Positions 51,378 through 64,000 of a stretch of 64,000 bases of DNA are shown here, piece after piece. This DNA comes from Octopus vulgaris (Eukaryota), in the NCBI GenBank assembly GCA_951406725.2, contig OX597825.1, positions 60,946,001-61,010,000 of the forward strand, in the 5' to 3' direction. Position 1 is the first letter of the stretch. Every line of letters begins with the position of its first letter. A model generated the notes under the pieces. The model searched no databases, was not told the DNA's origin, and was given only the letters and a program-made list of their open reading frames with translations. The position numbers were made by a program, and so were the translations under genes.

Positions 51378-52919
51378 ACATGTGAGACCTGGTATGCTTA
51401 GTATAGGAAACACATAGAAACCCATGCCAAATTTTACACACACACACACATACATATACATACGTACAAACACACACAAACACACACACATGCACGCACA
51501 CAATCACACACACACACGTACACACACTTATATATACACACACACATGCTTCTGCACACTTTCCTTTACTATATTCCATTCAAAAGATATTGATTACCTG
51601 CAGCTATAATGGAAAACAATTCTTCCTGGTACAGTTTGCTGGCTTCGAACCTAGAACCATTTGGTCAGACACAAAACAAACTTCTTGACCCGACGACCCT
51701 GCATACACTACAACCAGCTTGCTATTTCATTCTCTTTCCTTCTGTCTGCTTTCAAAATGTTTCCATTTTTCAGTAGATAGGATCTGTTTAAGTGTCATGC
51801 CCAATGAGGTGCAACTGAGGTGTGGTTCAATATAGTTTATTGTCATTTATTGTGGTTTATTGCTAGCTGAAAATCTATATAGAGGTTCAGACTATTTACT
51901 CACTTTCTATTGTGTGTGTCATATTTCTAACCACATCAAATTCCATACCATTCCATGGCATTATATTTACTTGTGTTCCATCAACAAAACATACACTATT
52001 TGGTTCATCAGTGTCTTTAATGGAAGAGTATAAACTATCGTGCTTTCCTCAAAATAAACAACATCCTTCATAAGATCATCTTTCATGCTAGCAATAAAAT
52101 AACAGTCCTTGTTATGTGTAATATGTAAGCTTTTCACTTATAATGGTACAGACCACAATGAACAACAATAACAAAAATCACTTAGCAGATATTGACCTTT
52201 ATTTGAAAGAGATACACAGAAAGAAAAGACAGAGAGAGGAAAGACAAAGAGAAAGAGAAACAGAGAGACAGAGAGTACAATGGCTGTACATTAAGGGTGT
52301 GTTCTATTCATGTATTTGAAACAGTTTCTAAGTATTCCCTTCCGGGAAATAAATACGGTAATATCACAGAGAAAATGTTTCAACAGAATCAACAAAATGG
52401 ACCTTCTTACAATGATAAAAATGCTAGGTGCCATATTTAAAGAGAATTAATCAAAATAATGGCATTGTCAGAATAGGAACAAATTAGATTCTCAACAGAG
52501 GAGCGCATTTTCAATGCTGCTTTAGAAGTGACAACAAACTATTCAAGCCTAACCAGTGTATAGGTAAGTGATGTATCTTTAGATAGCAAACCATTTCATT
52601 ATGGTGGGAATATCATTTGCCAAACTGGAGATCGCTAGTTAGTTTTATAAATGGACATTAGAGTATTAAGTCTAATGTAAAATATATACTGAGTTTTTCT
52701 GTCAGACTGACATTAGAAATTGTTTGAGTAACTCTGCTCATCTTGTTAATTTGCTAATAGTCCTGTGTGCATATATAAATACACACACACACATATTGCA
52801 TATATATAAATATACATATATATACATACATATATATATACATATATATATACATATATATATATATGTATATATATATATACATATATATATATACACA
52901 TATATATATGTATATATAT

Positions 52920-53055
<136 letters not shown>

Positions 53056-53422
53056 TATATATGGATGTATAGGCAGAAACATACACAAACACAAACATAC
53101 ATAAATATATGTATTGATGTGTGTGTGTGTGTGCGTGTACATACACAGTTACTGCAAAATGCACCGTGATTAATTGATACACAGTTGAGACGTTTGATAT
53201 TGTGTATTCCCCATACACTTACATGCTGATAAATATTCACTGTATAACAATGAAAAAAGCTACTTGTGCAGAGTGAAAGGATTTACTAAATATAACAGTT
53301 AAATCTCACTCAGAAATACTCAGCCAATTTTAAAGAATATATCTAATATTCTAAAAACAGTATTATCAAAATTTTATCTATATTTCTAAAATACATATAT
53401 AAAGATGTAAAGATTACAAATG

Positions 53423-53473
<51 letters not shown>

Positions 53474-53525
53474 GTGTTTATATATGCACACACACATATA
53501 TATATACATATATACATACACGTTA

Positions 53526-53562
<37 letters not shown>

Positions 53563-53863
53563 CATGTATGTATATATATATATGCATGTATGTATGTGTG
53601 TATGTATATATATATATATATGTTGTTAAAGTCCTCAGCCTCAGGATATGTCCCAAGTTAAAACAGGATATTCATAGCCAACTGAAAATGAAATGACTTA
53701 TGATAATTAAAAAATAATTAAATGTTTGGAGAATACTGCACACATGAATGATCCTAAATTTCAAGAAATCATGTCTATATTTTAAAACAATATAATCATC
53801 ATTAGTATGATAAGTAAGTGATTATTTGATAGTGTCTTTAAGTCTAGATATGTGCATTTTGCT

Positions 53864-54020
53864 CATGGCTGTGTGGTTAGTAGCTTGCTAACCAACCACA
53901 TGGTTCCGGGTTCAGTCCCACTGTGTGGCATCTTGGGCAAGTGTCTTCTGCTATAGCCCCAGGCCGACCAATGCCTTGTGAGTGGATTTGGTAGATGGAA
54001 ACTGAAAGAAGCCTGTCGTA

Positions 54021-54096
<76 letters not shown>

Positions 54097-54328
54097 TGTG
54101 TGTGTATGTGTTTGTGTATCTGTGTTTGTCCCCCTAGCATTGCTTGACAACCGATGCTGGTGTGTTTGCGTCCCCGTCACTTAGCGGTTCGGCAAAGGAG
54201 ACCGATAGAATAAGTACTGGACTTACAAAGAATAAGTCCCGGGGTCGATTTCCTTGACTAAAGGCGGTGCTCCAGCATGGCCGCAGTCAAATGACTGAAA
54301 CAAGTAAAAGAGTAAAAGAGTAAAAGAA
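53864..54328 (+). mobile_element. SINE family S1, near-complete copy
   Basis: A-box tggctgtgtgg, B-box gggttcagtccc, internal (TA)n(TG)n, (agtaaaag)n tail. Confidence 0.92.
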
Positions 54329-54929
54329 TAGCTATCTAAACAATTACAGCAAGAGCAATATTAATGAATGTAGGCATCATTATCGCATATGAACATACTC
54401 ATGCTGTAACCTGCTCTTTGTCTCTTCCACTCATACACGAATATTCACAGAAAGGCCGCTGACCTTACTTGAAAAGATGTGATTCACCCAACAGATTACG
54501 TTCACCAGACTATTGCTGAAACGTGTCTTCACTTTGTATCTTCAATCACTGATATAATAGGCATTGATCTTTTGATCTTATTAATTAGATACCATCTCTA
54601 TCCTCGCTCATCATTCTCATCACATACCCATACTTGATGCAAACATTTCTGTGGTCTTTCATTGCTACATAACTGAGCTTTAAGCAGACTTCCATCTACC
54701 AGACAGCTCTCAGTAAAACGGTACTGTTTGAGCTCTGTTCTACATCCACAAGCACTGATCTACCATACATCAAACTAAACATCAGATATATTAACCACAC
54801 TCAGCACATTGTGAGCTCTTTGAACATCTAAAGGGACATTTGTGGCCCGCTATATTTAACCTATATTTAACCTATATACTTGCATCATTACAATGGAGCT
54901 GCGAGGTAAGAATTAAAATGTCAAAATAA

Positions 54930-55080
54930 TTACTAGACTACAGTTCGATGTCTAAGAGATGAGGAATTATGTACATTATTTACATTATTTACATTTGACG
55001 GATATTTGTCCTCATCTTTTTTGTTGTTAACACAACGTTTCATTTGATATACCCTCCAACCTTCATCAGAGAACACCACT
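54930..55080 (-). mobile_element. Penelope-like pLTR remnant with decayed hammerhead
   Basis: Minus strand CTGATGA-AGGTTG...CAAAT-GAAAC-GTT-GTGTT at 55029-55074. Confidence 0.55.
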
Positions 55081-55380
55081 GGAAAATGTGAAACTAAAAG
55101 AAGCAGCACATATGCTAGGACACAACAACCTCCTAAGCAGATCAAGAGCAGATATGAATAGCATATGGGAACCAGTATACAGAAGGATAGGAAAATATTA
55201 GATTTATAAACCCTAAAATTCATATATGTATTTATGCAAATGTATGTATAAATGTGTTTATGGATATGTCTGCATGTATCTGTGTGTGTATGTGTGCAAA
55301 TATGTGTATACATGTATGTGTGTGTGTGTGCATGTATATGAGTATGTAAGTATGTTTCTATGTATATATGTTTATATGCA

Positions 55381-55730
55381 TTCATCATCATTGTTTGACC
55401 ATGGTCGAGACAATGGAATTTACCATGCTACGCCAGACTTCACGGTCCATCATGGCATTACGGAGGTCCTGTTGCTGGATGCCTGTATCCCTGGAGATTA
55501 CATCAAGGTAGGAGAGTGAGCGCCCTCTGGTATTGCGAGTAGATGGCTCCCAGAGGAGAAGAGTAGAAATTACCTCTTTTTCAGCTCTACAACAATGTCC
55601 AGCAAACTGGACTCTCTTACCTTTCACAAGAGATGACACAGGTGGTAGTTTCCCATATATTTGCATTTTGGTTGGATGGCGCTTCCACAAGAGATTTTGA
55701 GCTCTCGTAAGGAGGCGAGTGTAGGTTCCA
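55381..55730 (-). mobile_element. 5'-truncated RTE-like LINE (ORF C-terminus)
   Basis: GTYTRLLTRAQNLLWKRHPT...RVQFAGHCCRA...LLLWEP...RGR...DL.NAMMDREVWRSMV; stop codon runs into a (TGA)n tail. Confidence 0.88.
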
Positions 55731-55813
55731 TATATGCACATATATACTTGTTAATGTACATTCATTTGTGTTTATGAATAATGATTTTAACTCTGTCCTT
55801 ATATTTGTTGTGA

Positions 55814-56035
55814 AAGCACATGGCTTAGTTGTTCAGGCTTTGGATTCATTGTCATAAAATCGTGATTTCAATTCCTGGACCAGACAAAGAGTTATGTTTT
55901 TGAGCAAAATACTTCATTTTGCATTGCTCCAGTTCACTCAGGAGGTAAAAATGCATAATCCTGCGATGGACAGGTATCCCATCTAGGAAGGAATATATAT
56001 GCCAGACAAACTAGGAAACTGGCCCTATGATCCTT
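55814..56035 (+). mobile_element. tRNA-derived MetaSINE-like element, decayed
   Basis: tggcttagt A-box, ttcaattcc B-box, ctccagttcactcag, cctgcgatggac...tcccatc motifs. Confidence 0.7.
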
Positions 56036-56137
56036 ACTAATTATAATGTGGATTAACTATAAATTTATGTAAGTAGAAATGAAGTAAGAGAAAAATAAAT
56101 AAAATTTTAATATACTTAATTATAGATGTAAGGTCTG

Positions 56138-56545
56138 TATCATCATCATCGTCGTCGTCGTTGTCATCGTCATCTTCATCATTGTCGTCATCGTTGTCGT
56201 CGTTGACGTCATCATTATCATCATTATCATTTAGCATCTGTTGTCCATGCTGGCATGGGTTGACTGGGCTGGCATGCTAGAAGGCTGCACCAGACTCCAG
56301 TCTGATTTGGTATGGTATTCTATGGCTGGATGCCCTTCCTTATGCCAACCACTTCAAGAGTGTAATGGGTGCTTTTATGTGCCACCAGCATGGGTCCCAA
56401 TTTGTGTGACACCAGCATCTGTCACAACTGTGATTTTGCTCAGCTTCATGGGTCTTCTTCTCAAGCATGACATGATGCCAAAGGTCTTGGTCATAGCCTC
56501 CATGAGGCCCAACACTCAAAAGGAACTCAGCCACTTTGCCTGCAT
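56138..56545 (-). mobile_element. RTE LINE 3' end with single 3' UTR module and (GAT/GAC)n tail
   Basis: DQDLWHHVMLEKKT ORF-end remnant, one ggtgcttttatgtgccacc unit, tail ...aacccatgccagcatggac...atgctaaatgat. Confidence 0.8.
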
Positions 56546-57231
56546 GAAAAATATTACATAAAAAATATTTTGTATGTATATCCCTTGTCAATACACTAAA
56601 AGTATATATATCTGAAGAAATACCACAAGATTAAATAAAATTTTAAGTAATGTAACATGTACCACAATATGTGGATGTAGATATATGTGAGTGTCTGTAA
56701 ATATGAATGTGTGGATATGTATGTTACCAATACTAGTTTTTTTATTCTTTCTCCTTTTCGCTCACTATATCTCTATCTTTCTGTATTTATCTCCAGTATT
56801 TCTTCCCTTTATCTCTCTTTACCGCTCCTGATAAATTATGTAAACTATAATTATAGTGGCATCCTAAGTGTCGATCATATTATTTTTGAAGCTTATTCTG
56901 AAGAAATCCAAATAGGTACCTAAAAATTTTATGCAGAAATATTATAATATTACGAATTTATCATAGTCATTTTAATATTTATATTTGTGAAACGGATTTC
57001 CTATGCTGTACTCAAACAATTGTAACTACAACATTCAACATAGTACCATAAATTCCAGGTTTTCATTTAATGTATTCATACTCAGCATCCAATATATTTA
57101 TACCCGAATTGCAGCTTGTGTATAGTTTTCTTCTTAAACTATAAACTGTCTTTGGACATGTAATTATAGAACTGATTGCTCGTATTCTCAGAAGTGCTTC
57201 CTGTGGATACAGCTCACGTTCTAACCTATTG

Positions 57232-57296
<65 letters not shown>

Positions 57297-57301
57297 CATT
57301 C

Positions 57302-58794
<1,493 letters not shown>

Positions 58795-58921
58795 CATATT
58801 TACATACATATAAATATATATATATATATACACACACATATATATACATATAGATATACGTATACATATATATATATACACAGATATATATATATATGTA
58901 TATATACATATATATATATAC

Positions 58922-58952
<31 letters not shown>

Positions 58953-59745
58953 AACACTCACACACACACACACATATATATATATACATACACGCACACA
59001 CAATATAATTTCTTTTCAAATAATTCCATTGCAATTTACCATCCAGGAGGATCAGAAAGTTTTAAATATTTTGTAATATTCGGAATGCATAACTAAAAAG
59101 AGTATTCCATCACAACATTACATTATGTTAAAGGAAACCTATCATTAAACACACTTACACCATGTAATTTCGAATAAGCTTTATGCAAATAAAATTGGAA
59201 TTCTGGCAACTTCCTTCGGAACCTTTCATGGCATTTTCTTAAATTGGAAATGTGGTAAATGACAATGCTTCATCTCTTAGAAGATGGATAATAGCTGGCA
59301 TTCATTGTAAGGTAATTTTAAGATTCTTTCACTAAAGCAAGACATGTTGATTAAATGCATTAAGATATTCTGTATTCAGAGAATCAATGTCATATCTTAA
59401 GCTATTCAATGTATTGTAAGACTATGTATTAGTTCAAATATATTCACTTTGGATCTAAGCATACAGTAAATTTGATTATAGCCGGTATGTGTAGGCCGTA
59501 CGTAGCGATATGTTATTAAGTGTTAAATTTCAATTACTTGCTTAAATGGAATTTAATAAATATCTGCTTTGTGTTCTGAGGAAATTCGTCACTTCCTCTA
59601 CTCCCATAATTTACTGTCTGTCTGTTTGTTTGCAACAAATGTTTGTAATGTGTCCTTCTTTTTCCGTGCCATCATCTTTAGAATAAATCGAACAGCAGAT
59701 CAAATAAATGGAGGGATGTGTAATATTTAATTAGTGCACTGGTTT

Positions 59746-59899
59746 CATCATCATCATCATCATCGTCGTCGTCGTTGTCATCGGCGTCGTTGTCGTCGTC
59801 GTGATTACCGTCGTTGTCGTTGTCATAATCATCATCATCATCGTCATCATCATCATAATCATCATCGTCATCATCATCATCATCATCATCATCATTATT

Positions 59900-59934
<35 letters not shown>

Positions 59935-60185
59935 TATGATTATTGCCGTTGTTATCATCATCATCATCGTCGTCATCGTCGTCATCGTCGCTGTGATAAT
60001 CATCATCAACGTCATCGTCACCATCATCATCATTGTTGTTGTCTTTATCATCGTCATCATCATCATCATCATTTAATGTCCATATTCTATGCTGGCATGG
60101 GTTGAATGGTTGGAAAGGATCTCACTGATTGGACGACTGCATCATGCCCCACTGTCTTGCGATGGCATGATTTTTCTGTCTGGAT
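59746..60185 (-). mobile_element. RTE-type 3' tail with ~325 bp (GAT/GAC)n expansion
   Basis: catcatttaatgtccatattctatgctggcatgggttg matches the tails at 56230 and 57380. Confidence 0.7.
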
Positions 60186-60669
60186 ATAGCGTGCAGGACT
60201 ACAAGCCCTGAGGAGACAGCTTTATGTGAGGAGATGAAGTGTTAAAGGATGTGAGAATGAGCCAAGGGCCAGATCAGAGCAGGTGGAAATGAAATGAGTG
60301 GGTGAAGTGTGGGGAGGTAGAAATAGTGGTGATGGTGTGTCTAGTGGGGCCCCACAGGGTTGAAGGGAGTAGATGTGAATGGAACAAAGGAAACAGGAGC
60401 ATTGATGGGTGGGAGCTGGATGAATGTATGGAGGGATGATTGATGGAAAATAGTTGAGAGGAAAGGGTGTAGGGACAACTGTAAAGATTAGGTAGGGCTG
60501 AGGAGTGGATGTAGTGAATGGTTTGTACAATGACTATAAGAAGAGGGAAATAGGAGAGAGGTAGATAACTAGGAGTGCAGAAAAAAGTGTGGGGAGCAGC
60601 AGAATGAGAGTGATGGTAACAAGAGGAGGGTGAGTGAGAGATTGATATGTAGTTGGATTATATATAGAG

Positions 60670-60880
60670 AGAGAAGACCCCTTTGGTTAAGAGTGACCAT
60701 GGTATTGCAACTAGAAAGCTCCCCTCCAAGGCACAAGTCCAGGCAGTTGCCCATGCATACTGGCCTCCCCTCTCCATGCCACTGAGGGAAAGGCAAAGAC
60801 TGATACAGCTTGGCACCAATGACATCCCAGCTTATTTCTACAGCTGAATGAAATGGAGTAACATAAGATAAAGTGTCACC
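60670..60880 (-). mobile_element. SINE family S3 body fragment
   Basis: Reverse complement matches 11988-12228 (cagctgtagaaat, ccaagctgtatc, tttgcctttccct, ggacttgt.ccttggaggg). Confidence 0.75.
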
Positions 60881-61424
60881 AGTGGCACTGGAAATGACCT
60901 TGCTCGAATGTATTTTCACGTGCCACCAACACAAGTGCCAGTAAGGTGACATAGTGTTATATATCTCATATATTAACCTTGTTCATGGAGGTGTTTGTGT
61001 TTTTATGGCAAGGAAAATTGAAGTCGGATGTGAGAGAAAAATAGTGAAGTAGTACTCATAACTTTTACAACAGCATTAACAAATTTATAAAGATTACTTC
61101 CATCATGAACTCAAATTTGGATCTGTAGATTTAGTGTACTGACGTGGTAACAAAATCATCATTTTTATTTTCATGTCTGTCTTATAGGCTTGCATGGGTA
61201 GATGAAATATTTTTGAAGCAGATTTTATGAAGCCAGACACACTTCATACCAGCAACTCTCACCTGTTTCAAAGCAAGGTAATACTTTCCCATGACATATT
61301 TGCAGGGGACATTGGAAAGGGACAACACTGTCTGTATGGCAATGATGCTCACTTTAAATTGTTGCACTAAGTCAAGATGGGGAAATACAGAAACTCACAG
61401 ACATGCACAAAAGCACGCACGCAC

Positions 61425-61570
61425 GACAGGTTTCTTTTGGCTTCTATCTCACAAGGCTTTGGTCAGCCCAAGGTTGTATGGTAGAAAACTGTTGTCCAAG
61501 GTACCATGCAGTAGAACTGAACCCAGAGCATCCTAGTTGAAAAGCAAGCTTCTTATCACACAGCCATGCC
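61425..61570 (-). mobile_element. SINE family S1 head, decayed
   Basis: cacaaggctttggtcagccc...ccaaggtaccatgcagtagaactgaaccc...cacacagcca. Confidence 0.75.
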
Positions 61571-62094
61571 TTCACCCATAAAATAAAATAAAATAAAGAT
61601 ACAAAACAAAGGAGACATTGGATAAAGTAGTCCATGATATAAAACTGAAGCAAAAGACAGGCAGGGTGGTCACAGTTAGAATGCCTTTGATCATAGATGA
61701 AGCTAATCAGAACAGACCACGTGCTCTCATCATTGCTCTCATTACTGTCAACATCGACTCACCCCTTCTCCTCTTCCTCATCATCACCATCATCATCACC
61801 ATCACCACCACCACCACCACCACCACCACCATCTTCATCACCATCTTCATCATCATCTTCATCATCATCATCATCATCATCATCACCATCATCATCACCA
61901 TCATCCTCATCATCTTACTAATGCAGAATATATTAAAATATGTTGGGAATTGCCTATTGTAATTAAACGTTATAACAAGGTTCATACGAAAATTTCCTTC
62001 TTCCTCTTGCTTTTTCTGTCTCTCATTCTTTTTCCTTCCTTTCTGATTACATATCCTGCCCCACTCTCTTTCCATCTATTTCTCTCTCCTGCTC

Positions 62095-62170
<76 letters not shown>

Positions 62171-62374
62171 ACTTTCTTCACATTTCCTTTTATTTCTTTT
62201 CTGTCTCTTCTTTTCATCCATTATTCCTGCTCTCCCCATCTTGCTCTCCCTCCCGCTCTCCCTCTCACTGAGAGAGTGTGAGTGTATATATATGCATATA
62301 TATATATTTATGTATGTATGTATGTATGCATGTGTATAAATGGATGTTAATATGTATACATATATATATACATG

Positions 62375-62429
<55 letters not shown>

Positions 62430-64000
62430 TATCTATATATACACACAGACGCATATGTATACACACATACATATGTATATATACATATACATCTACACAT
62501 ACACTTTAACCTCTTTATTCTAGCGCTGACTCCCTGGCCACCTTTCTTTCTGTTTACTCCCACCACCACCAACAACACCATCCCCCACCACCACCACCAC
62601 TAATACCACCAGCACACTCTAATCTTTACCATTCTCTCATATGGAACTCTTCAACTATCCATAAAGATGGAATCTAATATATTTCTCTCAATACACTTCC
62701 TGACATGACACTGAATAATGAAACTTCATAGAACAAAGCATGAAAGACGGATCCAGGAGTAATAAGCATTGGTGCTGTTGCTGTTGTTGCTGTTGTTGTT
62801 GCTGCCATCGTCGTTTGTGTTGTTGTTGTTGTTTTTATTGTTGCTTAATCTCTCACCCATGCCAGGTCAGCATTGATCAAGCAGACCTCTTATTAACTTC
62901 ATTCTACCATTAACTACTCTGTCTTTTATTCAGGCACAGTGTACCCAGAACTACAATATTGAGTGTTTCCATTTTCTCTCTCCCTCCCTCCCTCCCCCTC
63001 ACTCCCTCTCTCTCCCTCTCCCTCTCTCTCTCTCTCTTTTCTTTGCTTCCATATCAATATGAAGGTGATGTGACTTCTATTTCCAGCAGACCAAATGACC
63101 TACCAGTGGTTCCACCATTGACTCATGCACAGAAATGGGACTTGTTGCTTACTCTCAGTTCAAATTTTAGCAGATCTAAGGATCAAATATATTCCAGCCA
63201 TGACTGTCCCATCCATTTTTTTGTACCAGTGATTATGTTTCTCAATGTATCCTTCTTTATTTATGACAATAGATAGTGATGAGAAGAAATGCAGCTTTTA
63301 TTTCTAGCAAATTAATGAACAGCATAGAAGAACCTCTCAGCTGATGGCAAACATTTCTGCTCAGTTAGAATCCTTAAATTTTGATAATGTTATTTCAAAA
63401 TTTATCGATCAAAGAATCACAGACTTAAATGGAATCTAGTTCTGTTAACTATTACCCCAAACTCAGCTACATGCACTGTAAAAATCCATAGTTTTAACAG
63501 AATCATATGGGAAAAGCATTCACCAGTTAAGTGTCTGTGTCAATAAATTACATGCCATAGCTTTGGCATCAATGAGCAAAAGTCATAAAAACGGCTATTC
63601 AATAGGGAAAAAGCAGTGAGTTCCATCTTCCCGATGTCATTAACTAATGGGAAGTGTATAGCCACAGATATGAGTTGAAATTTATTGTATCAACACCATA
63701 TATTAATAAAAGTGTTGGAAGTAGCCTAAACAACTGGTACCTCTACTTTGGTAAATGAATTTCTCAATCATGTAAACCAATTTTTCGATATTACTATAAT
63801 AAAAATTCATTGACGCTTATCAATATTTTTCATACAGGTTATGGTACTTTACGATGTATAAAATATAAAGCACTGACAACTATTGACACAAGAGCAGGGT
63901 GTTATAAATAGACAAACAGATGTGAAGTTGCAAAGAGAAACTCAGCAACTCCATCAAAGTTATCTGGATTCAACTGAAATTTCATTTGAGAGAATATCTA

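Noticed and set aside
63350-63440. hAT dimerisation-domain-like peptide ESLNFDNVISKFIDQR
   Set aside because: Too short, and the upstream sequence belongs to a different decayed interspersed repeat; cannot be supported without a search.

Overview
AT-rich, microsatellite-dense animal genomic DNA, most likely an octopus (cephalopod mollusc), judging from the tRNA-derived SINE families and their RTE-type (GAT)n tails. I cannot support any intact host protein-coding gene. Almost all ORFs in the supplied track are artefacts of (TA)n/(CA)n/(ATT)n/(CAT)n repeats or are transposon relics, so the window looks intergenic or deep intronic. It contains five Helitron copies (one with Rep-helicase remnants), two Tc1 and three mariner relics, several Penelope-like element (PLE) pieces (GIY-YIG, Neptune-type RT, short pLTR remnants), LINE fragments (RTE, Tx1/L1-like, Dong/R4) and many SINEs. 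The most notable observations are: (1) a GC/CpG-rich 60-62 bp structured minisatellite with roughly alternating A/B units in the 3' UTR of a truncated RTE LINE (57530-58290), whereas a related copy nearby carries only one unit; (2) a dispersed set of PLE-type minimal hammerhead ribozyme motifs, two with an intact core (5959-5993 and 12487-12543, minus strand); (3) several long fold-back inverted repeats (292-550, 46001-46138, 46341-46576) and a fold-back mariner derivative with a central loop-less palindrome. Family assignments are from motif recognition by eye, not database searches.
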